A stretch of 64,000 nucleotides of DNA from Octopus vulgaris (GCA_951406725.2 OX597817.1:29512001-29576000), one strand, 5' to 3'; shown: positions 12,625 to 26,351, counted from the first letter of the stretch. The notes: generated from the letters alone by a model not told the origin. Program-made: numbers and translations.

Positions 12625-12865
12625 TAGATAGTGAAAGTTAAATTGTACGATGCATGTGTGTGAACTGCCATGCTTTATGGCAGTGAAACATGGGCCATAA
12701 CTGCTGAAGACATGTGCAGGCTCAAGAGAAATGGAGCTAGCAAGAACCACTGGACGTGTAATGTCAGCGAGCACACACGACAGAGTGTAATCACCCTGAG
12801 AGAAATGTTGGACATAAGAAGCATCAGATGGTCATGTACTATGGATGGATGAGGTATGGTCATGT
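12625..12865 (+). pseudogene. RTE-clade RT C-terminal fragment
   Basis: VKVKLYDACV*TAMLYGSETWAITAEDMCRLKRN...LREMLDIRSIR...YGH, typical of the RTE thumb region. Confidence 0.8.
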
Positions 12866-13633
12866 ATGTATGTATGATGATGATGATCATCATCATCATT
12901 ATCGTTGAATGTCTTTGTTCCATACTGGCATGGGTTGGACGGTTTGATAAGAGCTGGTCAGGCAGAAGCCTGCACCATACTTCTTAGTCTGTTTTAGCAT
13001 GGTTTTTATGGCTGGATGCTCTTCCTAACACCAACTACCCTGTCAAGTGGAGTATAATTAATAGTGACAGAAGCAATAATAATATCAAATGGCAATCTTT
13101 ATATCCAACTCAATGTGGATGTTGTGTTGAATATAAAGATTGCTTATATGTGTGTGTATGCACGCGGGCAGGTGTAAGCATGGCTATCAGTGCAGGTCTG
13201 GCTGTGTTATAAGAAAAATTGGCTTCCCAACCCCAAAGTCTCGGGTTCATTCCCACCGCAAGGTATGTTGACTGAGTGTTTCCAAACTAAAGCCCATGTG
13301 TGTGTGTGCATGTGTGTGTGTGTGTGTATGTGCATATGTATGTGTGCATATGTGTGTGTGCATATGTCTTAAGGTGTCATTACCTTGAGTTCGTGTATTA
13401 CAGGTAAATGAGAAGCACTTTTAAGCAAGCGGTGTTCTTCATTTCAAATCTTCTGTGCAAACATGTCTCATTGTGAGGAATATTACCCTGCTTAGAAACA
13501 AATGAAGGGTAGTGACAGGAATGACATCCAGCTGTAGAAAATCTGTCTCAATGAATTCTAACCAACTAATGTGTGAATTGAAAAGTGATTGTTAAAACGA
13601 CGACGATGATGATGATGATGACGATGATGATGA

Positions 13634-13668
<35 letters not shown>

Positions 13669-13894
13669 AATAAGAAAATGGAGAAACAAATTCATCTCGC
13701 TCATCAACTTATGGATATTACAAATTTACATTATTTATTAATTATATAAATGAGAACATCAAGAATGAGAATATACTGTTGGGTACTTTACCAACAGTAT
13801 ATTGGATAATTGATATCCCATAGTGGGTTACATTCACAACCCCTATCTTACTTTGTACTATATATATATATGCATATATATATATATGCATATA

Positions 13895-14225
13895 TATATA
13901 CAACTTGCTTGTAAATATCTGGTTTTTCCCTATTACCCCTTTTGTATTCTCCCTTATTGTATCTTATTTAAATTTACTTTATTTTATTAAACCTTTTTTG
14001 ATGTCCTCCTAAAAATTCTTCACACTGATGAGAATGACAATGCATAAATTTAATTATAATTACCATGATTATAATTTTCTTTTTACATATTTGAATCGTC
14101 CTTCGAAATGCACGTATGCAATGAATCCAAATTTGTATTAAATCTAATTTTTATGCAACATCTTTTTCTCTTCCATTTTTATATAATTGTTTATGGTATA
14201 TTTATACCTATAATGATATTTTTCA
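13895..14225 (+). mobile_element. Penelope-like LTR fragment with hammerhead core
   Basis: CTGATGA (14025-31), GAATGAC/GTCCTTC stem II, GAAA (14105-08), TGCACG, TA. Inserted in (TA)n. Confidence 0.55.
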
Positions 14226-14254
14226 ACTATACATATATATGCATATATATATAT

Positions 14255-14662
14255 ATTAATAAATAAAACATATGCATATATAATATACATATATGTACGT
14301 ACCTACCTCTACATGTATATATACATGCATATATGGGTACAAGGCTCCAAAAAAACGTCGAACACAATGAGAAACGAAAACATAAACACAAAACCAAGGA
14401 ACTGGACATTTTTCTGAAACAACAAAAAAATAGAGTACAGGACAAATAACACAAGGAAAATCCCCTTCTTCAGTCGCCATGGTTTCATCTACTCTGCATT
14501 TCAAAGGTGAAGGCGATAAGCATCTTTGATAGAAACTTTCATTCATTCGAAAAGCAAATCAAATAAAATTTGAGATCTTTTTGCAGAGGGGTAAAAATGG
14601 TAACAAAAACAGGACAGTAACGACAGTACAAAATATAAACAGTAAAAAATAGGACAGGGAGA
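14255..14662 (-). mobile_element. Interspersed repeat in (TA)n, probably a Penelope-like LTR
   Basis: Homologous to 42700-43035 (GTACGTACCTACCTCTACATG, GAGAAACGAAAACATAAA, TCCCCTTCTTCAG). Confidence 0.55.
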
Positions 14663-15078
14663 ATATACATATATACATATATATATCGATGACAGTGTCC
14701 CTGACTGGCTCCCATGCCAGTGGCATGTGAAATGCACCCACTACACTCTCAGAGTGGTTGGTGTTAGGAAGGGCATTCAGCTGTAGAAACCTTGCCAGAT
14801 CAGATTGGAGCCTGGTGCAGCCTACTGGGTTGCCAGTCCTCAATCAAACAGTCCAACCCATGCTAGCATGGAAAATGTACGTTAAACGATGGCGATAATG
14901 ATGATGATATATATGTATGTCATCATCATCATCATTTAACGTCCGCTTTCCATGCTAGCATGGGATATATATATATATATATATATATTATTTTATTCTT
15001 TCCTCTACTTGTTTCAGTCATTTGACTGTGGGTATACCCATATATGTATATATATGTATATATGCATATACAAACATG

Positions 15079-15147
<69 letters not shown>

Positions 15148-15339
15148 GAAACAGGTTTCTAGAGTGTGATGATATGTCATAAAGCAAACCCTTTATGGAT
15201 GGGAGACCTAAGGTAATACCATAAACCAATGTATATATATATGTATATATATATGTGTATATATATGTGTGTGTGTATGTATATATACTTTTCTACTCTA
15301 GGCACAAGGCCTGAAATTTTTGGGGAGGGGGTCAGGCAG

Positions 15340-16056
15340 TTCTTTCTGATATACATAATCTCAGTTCAATTATATATAAGTTACTTCAGAGTGAATCGAT
15401 TCAGAAAGACAAAATCTCATCTGGAAAGGACGGCTGGATTTTAAAAATTAATTCAAATGTCTGTGTTATGAGCATGAGCATTAATTATTCAATCTTACAT
15501 CAACTACAATTAAAAAATCAACAAAAACATTTTAATGGACAATACAATCAAGTAAGTGCAAACTACAACCATTGAAATTCACTTAATTATATCTCAAACA
15601 CATACCAATTGAAACCCTTTCATGTCCAAGATAGTCTCTTGTCATCACAACATACAATAATAACATGTGTGTATATAAATGTATATAATTAAGTATCTAA
15701 TTCTTCTCCTCCGTGTAACTGCAACAAAAAATATGTAAACAATTACATCTTTGATACAACAACTCTTTAATCTCTTTAAATTATTTGGTATAAAAAAACT
15801 AATTGTTTAAATTGACTAATACTTTTCTCATAGAGATAATTTCTTAGTAGACATGAATAAAAACCGAATGAAAATTTCTCTCTTTGTTTACTTAATCTGT
15901 CACAGGGATATATAAATATGCAGATATATATATATATGCATTAGGCTTACAAAGAATAAGTCCTGGGGTCAATTGGCTCACTAAAGGCAGTGCCCCAGCA
16001 TGGCTGCAATCAAATGACTGAACAAATAAAAGAATATATGCCTGTATATATATGTG

Positions 16057-16103
<47 letters not shown>

Positions 16104-16104
16104 A

Positions 16105-16149
<45 letters not shown>

Positions 16150-16930
16150 CTTTCTCTTTATTATTCTACTATATATATGTATGTGGAGGCATGTGGCTTA
16201 GTGGTTAGGGTGTCAGCATCATGATCGTAAGATTGTGGTTTCGATTACTGAACCGGGCGACGCGTTGTGCTCTTGAGCAAAACACTTCATTTCATGTTGC
16301 TCCAGTCCACTCAGCTGGCAAAAATGAGTAACGCAGCGATGGACAAGCGTCCCGTCCAGCTGGGGAACACATACACCATAGAAACTGGGAAACCAGGCCC
16401 ATGAGCCTGGCTAGGCTTTAAAAGGGCACATTTATTTTATATATATATATATATATGTATGTATGTAAATGTACACACACACTCATAAGTGTTGGCTTGT
16501 GGGGTTGAAAATGCACCTGAGTCTTAAAAAAATCATTGTTTTTAACATTTTTTACCAAATTTATTGATATACTAAAATGGTTTCAATGACTTTTGGTTTC
16601 CCAATGTTAGATAAATAAATTCTAGGAGAGATTGAACATACAAGAACAAATTCAGAAAAAAACATGTGTAAAAGATTCAACGTTCATGCAAATTCCAATG
16701 ATCAATAAATTTCACAGAGATCGACAATAATAAATGTTCAAATATTTGATGAATTTCTTAACAGTCATACATAACTGACTGAAAGTTCAGTAACACTAAG
16801 TTATATTAATACTATTAATATTAATACAATGAAGTTTTAAAAGAATTGGTAAAAAAAGAAAGAGAAAGATTGTTTTACAATTTCTCTCATAGTTAATGAA
16901 GGATAATTTTTTGTCATTGGTTTTGCAGGT
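15340..16930 (+). pseudogene. Degraded LINE RT-like remnant interrupted by SINEs
   Basis: Weak echoes only (VQDSLLSS resembling RQGCPLSP; FGFPM); many stops. Confidence 0.2.
16185..16437 (+). mobile_element. SINE family E (tRNA head, TTGAGCAAAACACTT core)
   Basis: A box TGGCTTAGTGG, B-box-like GTTTCGATT. Related heads at ~24175, 40340, 51840-51968(-), 53418 and 62305. Confidence 0.75.
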
Positions 16931-17399
16931 GAGAGCTTGAACTGCTTTATGCTGAAATTGTTTTGTATATCATCATCATCATCATCATTTAATGTTCACC
17001 TTCTATGCTGGTATATATATATATATATATTTAAGATATAGGTTTAAGTTCTGATTGGTTATAAATTTAATGACGTCACTTGTATTTCCTGTCTGTGATC
17101 TAGTATTTTGGTTGGCTAACTGCCTGAATATGTGACTTGGTCTTTGGATGTTCTGATCATATGTTTTGTTTTGGCAGTAGTCCAGCATTCTGGTTGGTTG
17201 ACTTCCTGGTGATGTCATTTATTTATCGACTGCTTTGATCACTTGTTTTTTACCAGTAGAGATCCAGTGCTCTGGTTGGTTTATTTTCTGCATACATCAT
17301 CTGATTTTCAAAAGTCTTGGTAGCTTGGTTTTGTCTGATGGTCATCCAGCATTCCAGTTGGCTGAATCTCTTAAAAAGACACTTGTTTCTATCAGCTTA

Positions 17400-18500
17400 A
17401 TATTTATTTATTTTTTCTTGCAGGTCCAGTTTTGACCAGTAAAACATCTAATTGGTTAAGCATAGGGTGGTGTCAGCAACTAGTGTTTGAGAAGATGCAA
17501 CGTGTAATTGTACAACAGTTTGAAGTTGGGTTTCAAATCCAAGAGAAAGCAGCATGCTACTTCAACTTTTGAAAGATGTCCATTGTTTCTAGTCATTTTC
17601 ATGAATATTTTGAGTTTTCTCATTCTGGTGTGTTGTTATAGGGTATTAGGTTGTGGTTTATATTTCTTAAACGCATTTTTCATAGTTAATTGGAAATGTG
17701 TTAGAGTGTTTCCGGAGCACTGACACTGAGGGAAAATTTGGTATTTTGGATGTTTGTTTTTTAGGTACAGATCTAGATTTTTATTTATGGGAATTTTCCT
17801 AGTTGCTGGTTCATGAACCTGTTGCTTGTGTTCCATTATCCTGTCCCTCGGAGTTAAGTTCGATTGACATATGTAATACCCACATATCTGCCACATTTGA
17901 GAACATAAATGAAGTCCCTCATGGTACAGATAAAGTGATTTTATAATGATGACTGTTTTCTCTGACTTGAATCTATATGTTAAACCTTCTGTGGAATTAT
18001 TATTATTCATTTTGATCATCATGTACAAGTACATGTATATTCATCATTATTTTATTTAAAATAAATAAAATGAAATAATTCAATTTTAGAAAAACTGAAG
18101 CATATCTTTGACAATTCTAGAATGTATTGAACTTATTTTTATCTGATCTGGTCATGATAATTGTACCAGTAGAACTGTTTCTTTGGAGAGGAAGCTGTTT
18201 TTTTTTTCTTTTTTTTTTTTTTTTTGCTTTCAGGTCACAAAATATGTTTGTAGATAAATCAGTTGGTTACAGATTTTAGGTCTGACTCATGCTGAATTGT
18301 TGTTGATGTTATTAGACATCTCTAGAGAAACTATAAACTGAGTACTTTGAGAATGTTTGGTCTGAGGAGACTATGTTTCTATAAATATTTATAGGGATTT
18401 ACTAATTTATTTCAAGCATGGTTTATTTGTATTTATATTGCACAACTGTAGAAAAATGCATACATGTAATATTGTGCCATTGCTTATAGGGATTATACAT
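17400..18500 (-). pseudogene. Penelope-like element remnant (GIY-YIG endonuclease; degraded RT end upstream)
   Basis: ORF 17636-18034 contains CGYYICQSNLTPRDRIMEHKQQV...KYQIFP...KKYKPQPN, matching the PLE GIY-YIG pattern YIGQ..R..EH...P.LN. Confidence 0.65.
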
Positions 18501-18974
18501 TTTATAATAGATATACCCATTTATTTGTAGATATACATGTATAAACAATATACAAAAAATAAAATATAAATATCAAATGTAAATATATAAATATACCAAA
18601 ACAGGGTTAATAGAGAAAGAAGGCTTTGTTTGTGGCAGATGTGCTAGAGTAATAAACACTAAGTGCACACGAGAAATAGATTTTCTTGAATACTCAGTAT
18701 GATCCCTAGGAATAGTTGGTAGTTTTTGTTACATAGATGTAAGAGGATGTTCTTAAAGAGAAGTTTTTAGAATAAGATCCAGTGAGGGCTAGTTCAGAGA
18801 GCTGTCAATCTCTGTTGGTAATAGAAGCTCTCTTACTTCTATTACTGCAGATGCTGGCACAAATTTATCCAATTATAACTTATAATTTCTATATAAAACT
18901 CTCATTCATTGTATAAATAAAAATACTGAGTGAAAGATAGAATGTGTGATGTTTGTTTATGATTAGTGATGCTA

Positions 18975-19570
18975 AATAGTAGTGAAACATACGTTATGGA
19001 TGTAGAGGACATGTGAAAATTAGAAAGAAATGAAGCTAATATGCTCTGCTGGATGTGCAGCCTCAGCAAGCATAAAGAACAAAGAACAAAGAGCAAATGT
19101 ATTGTGAGGAAAATTGGACACAAGAAGCATCAGAATTTGTGTGCTAGAATGAAAGCTGTGCTGGTATGGCCATGTGATAACAGCTGGATAACCCTTTAGC
19201 ATTCATATTAATTTTGCAAAAATAATCCTTATTTATTCACATTAAAAAATTTTATCTGATATTATTTTGTAGCTTCAAGACAGGAAAGATGTAATTGCTT
19301 ATTTTTAGAATGACATTGCAGAATAGGTGTGAGATGCTGGTTCTGGCCAGCTTGAGCATAAAATGTGTAGAATACAGCCGGTTTAAACACTAAAGGGATA
19401 AAAAACGTACTGATTGTTAAATGTAAATGAAATCTGTGGAAAGAAGGGACCAAGGAAAACATAGGACAAAATAGTGAAGACTGACCTCAGGTTGTTGAGT
19501 TTCACAGAGGAAACAAGAAAGGATGAAATGTTTGATGATTCACAGTGCTCAAGATGACCTGTCCATTTCA
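18975..19570 (+). pseudogene. RTE RT C-terminal fragment interrupted by a MITE
   Basis: LERNEANMLCWMCS...RSIRICVLE*KLCWYGHV. Confidence 0.65.
19192..19397. mobile_element. piggyBac-like MITE
   Basis: Termini CCCTTTAG / CTAAAGGG with the 4-bp duplication ATAA on both sides. Confidence 0.65.
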
Positions 19571-20792
19571 GCAAAAACATGAGATTTTAAAAGCATGTCA
19601 TCAATGTCTGTACTTCTTCACTCAACCTCTCCTCATCAAGTCTTCCCCCCATCCCAATTTCCTGTTTATTCCTTCAATGCTCTTCTGACTACAGTACTAC
19701 TCATTCAGCTGCTGTAATTATACAAGAGCAGTACTACACATAATCCATTCCTTTTCCATACTACCAGCTATCTCTCTCTTTAGAACCACTTTTTGTCACC
19801 CATCTCACATCTCACTTGATCAATATTATTCCTTACCACTTTATTTTCTATTGAATACCCGTTTCTCCTGAACACCTTCTCATATCTGCCATCACTCACA
19901 ATATCAACCCCTACATACCTCTGACCTCATATCTGTCAGTGTGCCCCCTTCTTTATCTCCCAGCAACATCATGTCATCTTATTTCTCATTTATGGTTTTA
20001 TTATAATTCTTCCCTCCACTCCCTTTTTGTTCTGTCACTTATCATTGCTTCACTAACCCATACTTATATCCTTCACCCCCCACACACACAAACACCCAAG
20101 GTGATGCTTACTCTTGACATCACCTCCGCCCCTGTTCTCTTTTGGTTCTACCATGATTTTCAGACCAGATAAAAATCAATGTTTCACACAAGGATGTCTA
20201 ACCACATTATTTTAGTTATAATTAAATTTTACAAATGAAGTGTTATGTGACGAGTAAAGGAGATGGTTTGTCTGTGACTTGACATATCTGATATATTCAA
20301 TCAAGTATTTTTTAATTGTCTAAATCATTATAATTTTTTATATAATTTTGCTTTTCGTTGTGAGATGAGGGAGAGTTGTGTCTAGAACCTTTCTTGGGCT
20401 GTTTGAGAAACAGATACTGGTGAAAGGAAGGAATATCCTTATGCCAGAGGATTGACCTGAATGCTGACAATGGAATAGACTCTGCTAAAGAAAGCCACAG
20501 GTCAGATGATCATCCTAGGTCTACCGCCCTAAGACAGGATTAGCTAACCTGGTGAAATTCTACACAGTTTATATCTCTAAAAATTTTTGCCATGGGGCTT
20601 TAGTTGATTTGAAATTTTGGCAGAAAATACTTGTCTGATGACCAGCACAAATGGGATACAATTCAAATACTGTGATTCAAATACTGCATAACTGCAAAAT
20701 GTGTTTCTAAGCAACTCAGCCATGCTTACACCCAAAACTTACTTTATAAGATGTAAGATATGTTATTATTATCAATATTTTAGTCACCAAAA

Positions 20793-21285
20793 AGGAAGCA
20801 AGCTAGCAGAATCATTGGTAAGCCAGGCAAAATGTTTAGCAACTTTTCATCTGTCTTCACATTCTGAGTTCAAATTCTGCCAGGGTCGGCTTTGCCTTTC
20901 ATCCTCTTGAAGTCAATAAAATAAGTACCAGTTGAACACTGGGGTTGATTTAATTGACTTAGCCCCTCCCCCAAACCTTCAGGTCTTGTGCCAAAATTTG
21001 AAAGCAATATTTTGGTCATCAAAAGATAAAAGACAAAGTCCACCCCAGTGGCATTTAAACTTTGGAAGAAATACCACTAAGTCTTTTGTACAGTGCCGGA
21101 CACAATGCTTAGCAGCATTTCTGACTTTATGTTCTGAGTTCAAATGCCACTGGGGTCGACTTTGTCTTTCATCCCTTCAAGGTCAATAAAATGAGTACGA
21201 GTACCAGTGGAGCACCAGGATCAATATAATCAAATCACTCCTTCCTGAAATTGCTGGCTTTGTGCCAAAATTTGAGACGAATATT
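20793..21285 (+). mobile_element. Two degenerate SINE family B copies
   Basis: GAGTTCAAAT and CTTTCATCC cores at ~20865-20905 and ~21135-21175. Confidence 0.7.
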
Positions 21286-21487
21286 TCAATCATCAGCTAT
21301 CATTATAATCATGGCATCATCCAATATATGTATATATTAATCAAACTTTCTTTCTTTTCCTTTATAAACTTCCATCAGCACAGCTTACATTACAATAACA
21401 ACACCATAATTGTAAGAAAACTCTAAAGCTACATCTCTTCTCACATCAAATGAGCCTGCTTCAAATTTACTATCACTTGGCTCTATA

Positions 21488-21903
21488 ACCTATTTCTTTA
21501 CTACCCACAAGGGGCTAAACACAGAGAGGACAAACAAGGACAAATGGATTAAGTCGATTATATCGACCCCAGTGCGTAACTGATACTTATTTAATCGACC
21601 CTGAAAGGATGATGGCAAAGTCGACCAGGGCAGAATTTGAACTCAGAAAATAGTGCTAGATGAAATACCTATTTCTTTACTATCCACAAGGGGCTAAACA
21701 CAGAGAGGAAAATCAAGGACAGACAAACGGATTAAGTCGATTATATCGACCCCAGTGTGTAACTGATACTTATTTAATCGACCCCGAAAGGATGAAAGGC
21801 GAAGTCAACCTCGGCGGAATTTGAACTCAGAACGTAACTGCAGCTGAAATACCGCTAAGCATTCCGGCCGGTGTGCAAATGATTCTGCCAGCGTGCCACC
21901 TTC
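21488..21903 (-). mobile_element. SINE family B tandem dimer
   Basis: ACCTATTTCTTTACTA..CACAAGGGGCTAAAC is repeated at ~21488 and ~21667. Confidence 0.8.
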
Positions 21904-22182
21904 TTGGCTCTATAGCCTATTGTAGGACCCTGTTTGTTGTCCCTCAATTTACAAATATCCTCAAATCACACGCTACAAGCTTAGGAAAAAAGAGGGCACC
22001 TTGAACTCTGTAGTCCTAAATGAGTCAATATTGGGTATGAATATCTTTGATCATAGGTTGCTGAGTCAGGATAGCCTGGGGTTAAAGAACAACAATGACG
22101 CTCCTTTGATGATGCTGATGCTAAAACTGTGATGTTTATTGTAATGAGTGCACTCAGCAAAACAGTGCAGAATTGTCACTGT

Positions 22183-22338
<156 letters not shown>

Positions 22339-22425
22339 TCACTACCTTATGATGATAATCATCTCATCTTCACCATCATTACTGCTTTCATGTATGTGTG
22401 ATAAACACACATACATACACAGATA

Positions 22426-22464
<39 letters not shown>

Positions 22465-22608
22465 ATACACACACGTGCTCAATCACACACGTACACATGC
22501 ACTAATCAAAACATTAATGAAATCCAAATTGCTGTTGTTTATTGAATTTTAATTTCTATTCACCTGTTTCCTTATTTTTATTTCTGGTTTATCACTATTT
22601 GGTTTTAG

Positions 22609-22692
22609 ACTTTTGATGACATGATACATAATGCTTGGTATATAGTTTGTAATCTAAAAGAAATACACTGCCAAATAGAAAACTATGATAAG
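22609..22692 (+). CDS. Candidate isolated 84-bp coding exon (TFDDMIHNAWYIVCNLKEIHCQIENYDK), product unknown
   Basis: Pyrimidine-rich tract + TTTTAG acceptor, AAG|GTGAGA donor, open phase-0 frame, non-repetitive context. Confidence 0.45.
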
Positions 22693-23451
22693 GTGAGATG
22701 TTGCTTCTATTTTATTTTATTTTATTTCATTACATTTCCTATTATTTATATTTTTGTTTTTATGTTTATTTAATAAACCTGGAGTTTCCTTGTTTTTCTG
22801 ATGATGAAACCTATAATTAAGCACTTGTTTGTCTTTGATAAATCTCATATCAACATCACTATTTGCTTTAATTAGTGACGGTATGCTGCGAACTTCATTA
22901 ACATGCTACATTTCTTTGATTTCATCATTGATTTATTTACCAAATTGTTTCATTATTGTTTTTCATTTTTTTTTTTTTTGGTTTTTTTGGTTTTTCACCT
23001 TTGTAACTAACTTTTGAATTCTTCTTAATTAAAGTGGTAGCAGGCTTTTGTGATAGCACAGATGCAGAAGCACTGGAACTGACAACTGCCGAGGACAAAT
23101 TTAGAGCTTATGGTTTTGCTGTTCAAATCATACTGAGATCTATTTTATACTATACCACATTGTAAATTGATTGAATTCAGTTTCTGTCATAGCAGTCTCC
23201 AATGTTTGTGAGTTTTACTTTAGGGATCAGGAATGCCTACTAAATGCTTAAAAATACGTAATGCCCAGAAACATTCTAATTATATGAGCTTGAGATGAAA
23301 ACGAAGCACAAAAGTCTTTAACAGCAGAAGTTTTGTCTTTTCAGAATATTATATTTCCCTGAGTAACATTTTATTGCATATAACCACTTTAAACATCATT
23401 TCACTTTTGTATATAACCATCTGCAAAAGATAATAAATCTTGGATCAATAC

Positions 23452-23872
23452 AGGCGTAGGAATGGCTGTGTGTAGGTAGCTTGCTTACCAACCACATGGT
23501 TCCGGGTTCAGTCCCACTGCGTGGCACCTTGGGCAAGTGTCTTCTACTATACCCTCGGGCCGACCAAAGCCTTTTGAGTGGATTTGGTTGGCAGAAATTG
23601 AAAGAAGCCTGTTGTATATATGTATATATATATATGTGTGTGTATGTGTATGTATGTATATGTTTGTGTGTCAGTGCTTGTCCCTACAACATCGCTTGAC
23701 AACCAATGCTGGTGTGTTTACGTCCCCGTAACTTAGCGGTTCAGCAAAAGAGACTGATAGAATAAGTACTAGGCTTACAAAGAATAAGTCCTGGGTTGAT
23801 TTGCTTGACTAAAGGCGGTGCTCAAGCATGGCCACAGTCAAATGACTGAAACCAGTTAGAGAGTAAAAGAGT
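23452..23872 (+). mobile_element. SINE family A
   Basis: Full-length copy with A/B boxes and tail. Confidence 0.9.
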
Positions 23873-24174
23873 ATACAAAAATAGCAATGATTAGTATTGC
23901 CATTGTCGTTGTTGTCATCCTCATTTTTTCCTTTTTAAAGCTGTACAGACATGTCTTAGTATTTGGGATTTTACTGATTAGAATAAATTGTGAAAATGAA
24001 GGAAAAGAAAGAATTGATATAAGTTGGGAAAGAATGGATGAGAAATAATGTAATATTGATTTTAAATTCTAGCACAAGACCAGCAAGTCTGGGGGCAAGG
24101 GGTAAGTCAACTCCAGTGCTCAACTGGTACTTATTTTATCAATTCTTAAAGGCAAACTCAACAACAGCAGCAGT

Positions 24175-24677
24175 GGAGGTGCAATGGCCCAGTGGTTAGG
24201 GCAGCAGACAAACGGTTGTAAGAATGCGGTTTCGATTCCCAGACCAGGCATTGTGAGTGTTTATTGAGCAAAAACACCTAAGCTCCACGAGGCTCCAGCG
24301 GGGGGAGAGTGGGTGAACTCTGCTACCATCTTTCATCACAACTTCCTCTCACTCTTTCCTCCTACTTCTCCCACAAAGCAGAGGAACCATAGTGTAACCT
24401 ACTATGGTGCGATAAACTTTCAGACCCTAGTCTAGATTGCGAATCCTTTGTACTCGCAGGATGGTTCAGATCTCCACCTGTTAAAAGCCACCATTTACAG
24501 AATGAGGATAACAATGTAGCTTTTGCACCCATGCAACCGCCAGTCTATCACGTGTGGTGGATGGATCTTCAAGTTGCCACATGCACTCTTAGTAGCTTAG
24601 AGTAGGCTCGAATACTTTGTGGCGAATGGATTGGAAGAAGAAGAAGGAGAAGAAGAAGAAGAAGAAGAAGAAGAAGA
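24175..24677 (+). mobile_element. tRNA-headed SINE (family E-like head) with (GAA)n tail
   Basis: TGGCCCAGTGG A box, GTTTCGATTCC B box, TTGAGCAAAAACACCT core, (AAG)n tail. Confidence 0.65.
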
Positions 24678-24896
24678 CAACAGCAGCACTTGAACTTGGA
24701 ACATAAAAACAGACAAAATACCACTAAGTATTTTACCCAGCATGCTAATGATTCTGCTACCTTTCCCCTTTGAGAAATAATGCAATATTAAAAACATGTA
24801 ACAGATCCATTTTATGAAAAGATGAATGAGCAAATTTTGATGTGATTAAGAATATTTTTGAAATCAGGATAAGAAATAATGCCATCATGGTAAATA

Positions 24897-25202
24897 TCTT
24901 TATATATAAAACTGAAGTTGTGTGTGTGTCTGTCTACTCCGATTTAGATTCCTAACTACTCCCACATTTTGCGGTGCAGTTTAACCAAAAGCGGGTATCT
25001 TATAGTCATGATTCCTATCGAGCCCTTCTGGGTACTAGCGCACGTCTACGATGAGTGTACGATTTAAAAATAAAATTTACCATCATTTTACCGCATTTTT
25101 AATGCATTTCTTTCTCGGTTTATATAAGGGAAGTAACTCTCTAAAAATGCTTATATAGTAATTTCCCTTACAAATCCGAGCAACGCCGGGCGATACTGCT
25201 AG
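24897..25202 (+). mobile_element. Non-autonomous Helitron
   Basis: 5' A|TC start, 3' hairpin CCGAGCAACGCCGG then CTAG; homologous to the copies at 52027 and 57311. Confidence 0.85.
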
Positions 25203-25789
25203 ATGGTATATAAATGATGATAATGATAAGCATGACAGTGCTGATGACAGCAAAAAGCAATCTCTTTTAAATGATCATACTGACTTCTATCCGGTGGCAA
25301 CTCTTCTTTGTATCTAAAAGACAACTGACAATCTGCATCTACTGTGGAGAAAAAATACTGATCCTGTGGCACAAAATATGATGAATTCTAGACACATAAT
25401 ATAAATATGCTATACTTGTAGTAAAACAACTTTGGAATGCATCAAGAGCATTTTCGGTGCTGGACAGGAAGTAATGCATTTAGAACTTATTCTGGATATC
25501 ACCTAAACCTCTTGGTTATCATGAAGAGAAAGATCTTCCAAATGCTGCCAAAAATTGATCGAAGACTTATTTACTAAGTTGGCCAGGATTGTTTTAAGAT
25601 ATAATACTGTAAAATATCAATGTCACTTTTACTATTTCCTCTAGAAGGACTGTGATCCTCATCTGAAAGTCAGAAAAAAAACCACATGGAGTCAGAGATG
25701 TTTCTAGAAATTTGTTTTTCTGCTTTAATCTTTAATCTTATGTCTCAGTGACTCATGTCATTCATTAGTCAAAGATAATGGCAAACAAA

Positions 25790-26351
25790 TTTTGTTTTCT
25801 AGAGTGGCGAAGCATGATCTCTAAACTTTGAGCCTCACAGAGGCAATGACTAGTGACTGAGACCTTTGGTAATATGCTGGGCTTGAGAAGATTCCTCAAA
25901 CCAAGTGGAATCGTAGTCATGGCTGATGTTGGTGTCACATAACTGGCACCCATGCTGGTGACATGTAAAGAGCACTGTTCAAGCATTGGGTCTCATGGAA
26001 GCAAAGTGGCTGAATTCCTTTCAGGCAAAGTGGTTCAGTTCCTTTTGAGTGTTGGGCTTCACAGAGGTAATGATCAAAACCTTTGGCATTATGTCATGCT
26101 TGAGGAAAAGACCCATCAAGCTAAGCAAAATCACAGTTATGGCAGATACCAGCATCACACAAATGGCACCTGTGCCAGTGGCACACATAAAAGCACCCTC
26201 AGAGTAGTTGGTGTTAGGAAGCTGTAGAAAACCATTGCCAAATCACACTGGAGTCTGGTGTAGTCTTCCAGCTTACCAGACGTGGTCAAACCATCCAACC
26301 CATGCCAGTATGGACAATGGACATTAAATGATGATGATGATATGATGATGA
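25790..26351 (+). mobile_element. RTE family C 3' UTR, older copy
   Basis: GTGGCACACATAAAAGCACC unit, CCAACCCATGCCAG motif, (GAT)n tail. Confidence 0.65.

Noticed and set aside
15165-15225. Hammerhead-like relic (TGATGA..CATAAAG/CTTTATG..GAGACCTAAGGTA)
   Set aside because: Both core boxes are broken; too degenerate to call.
22797-22817. CTGATGA-T-GAAAC hammerhead-like words
   Set aside because: No room for stem II and no stem I; likely chance.
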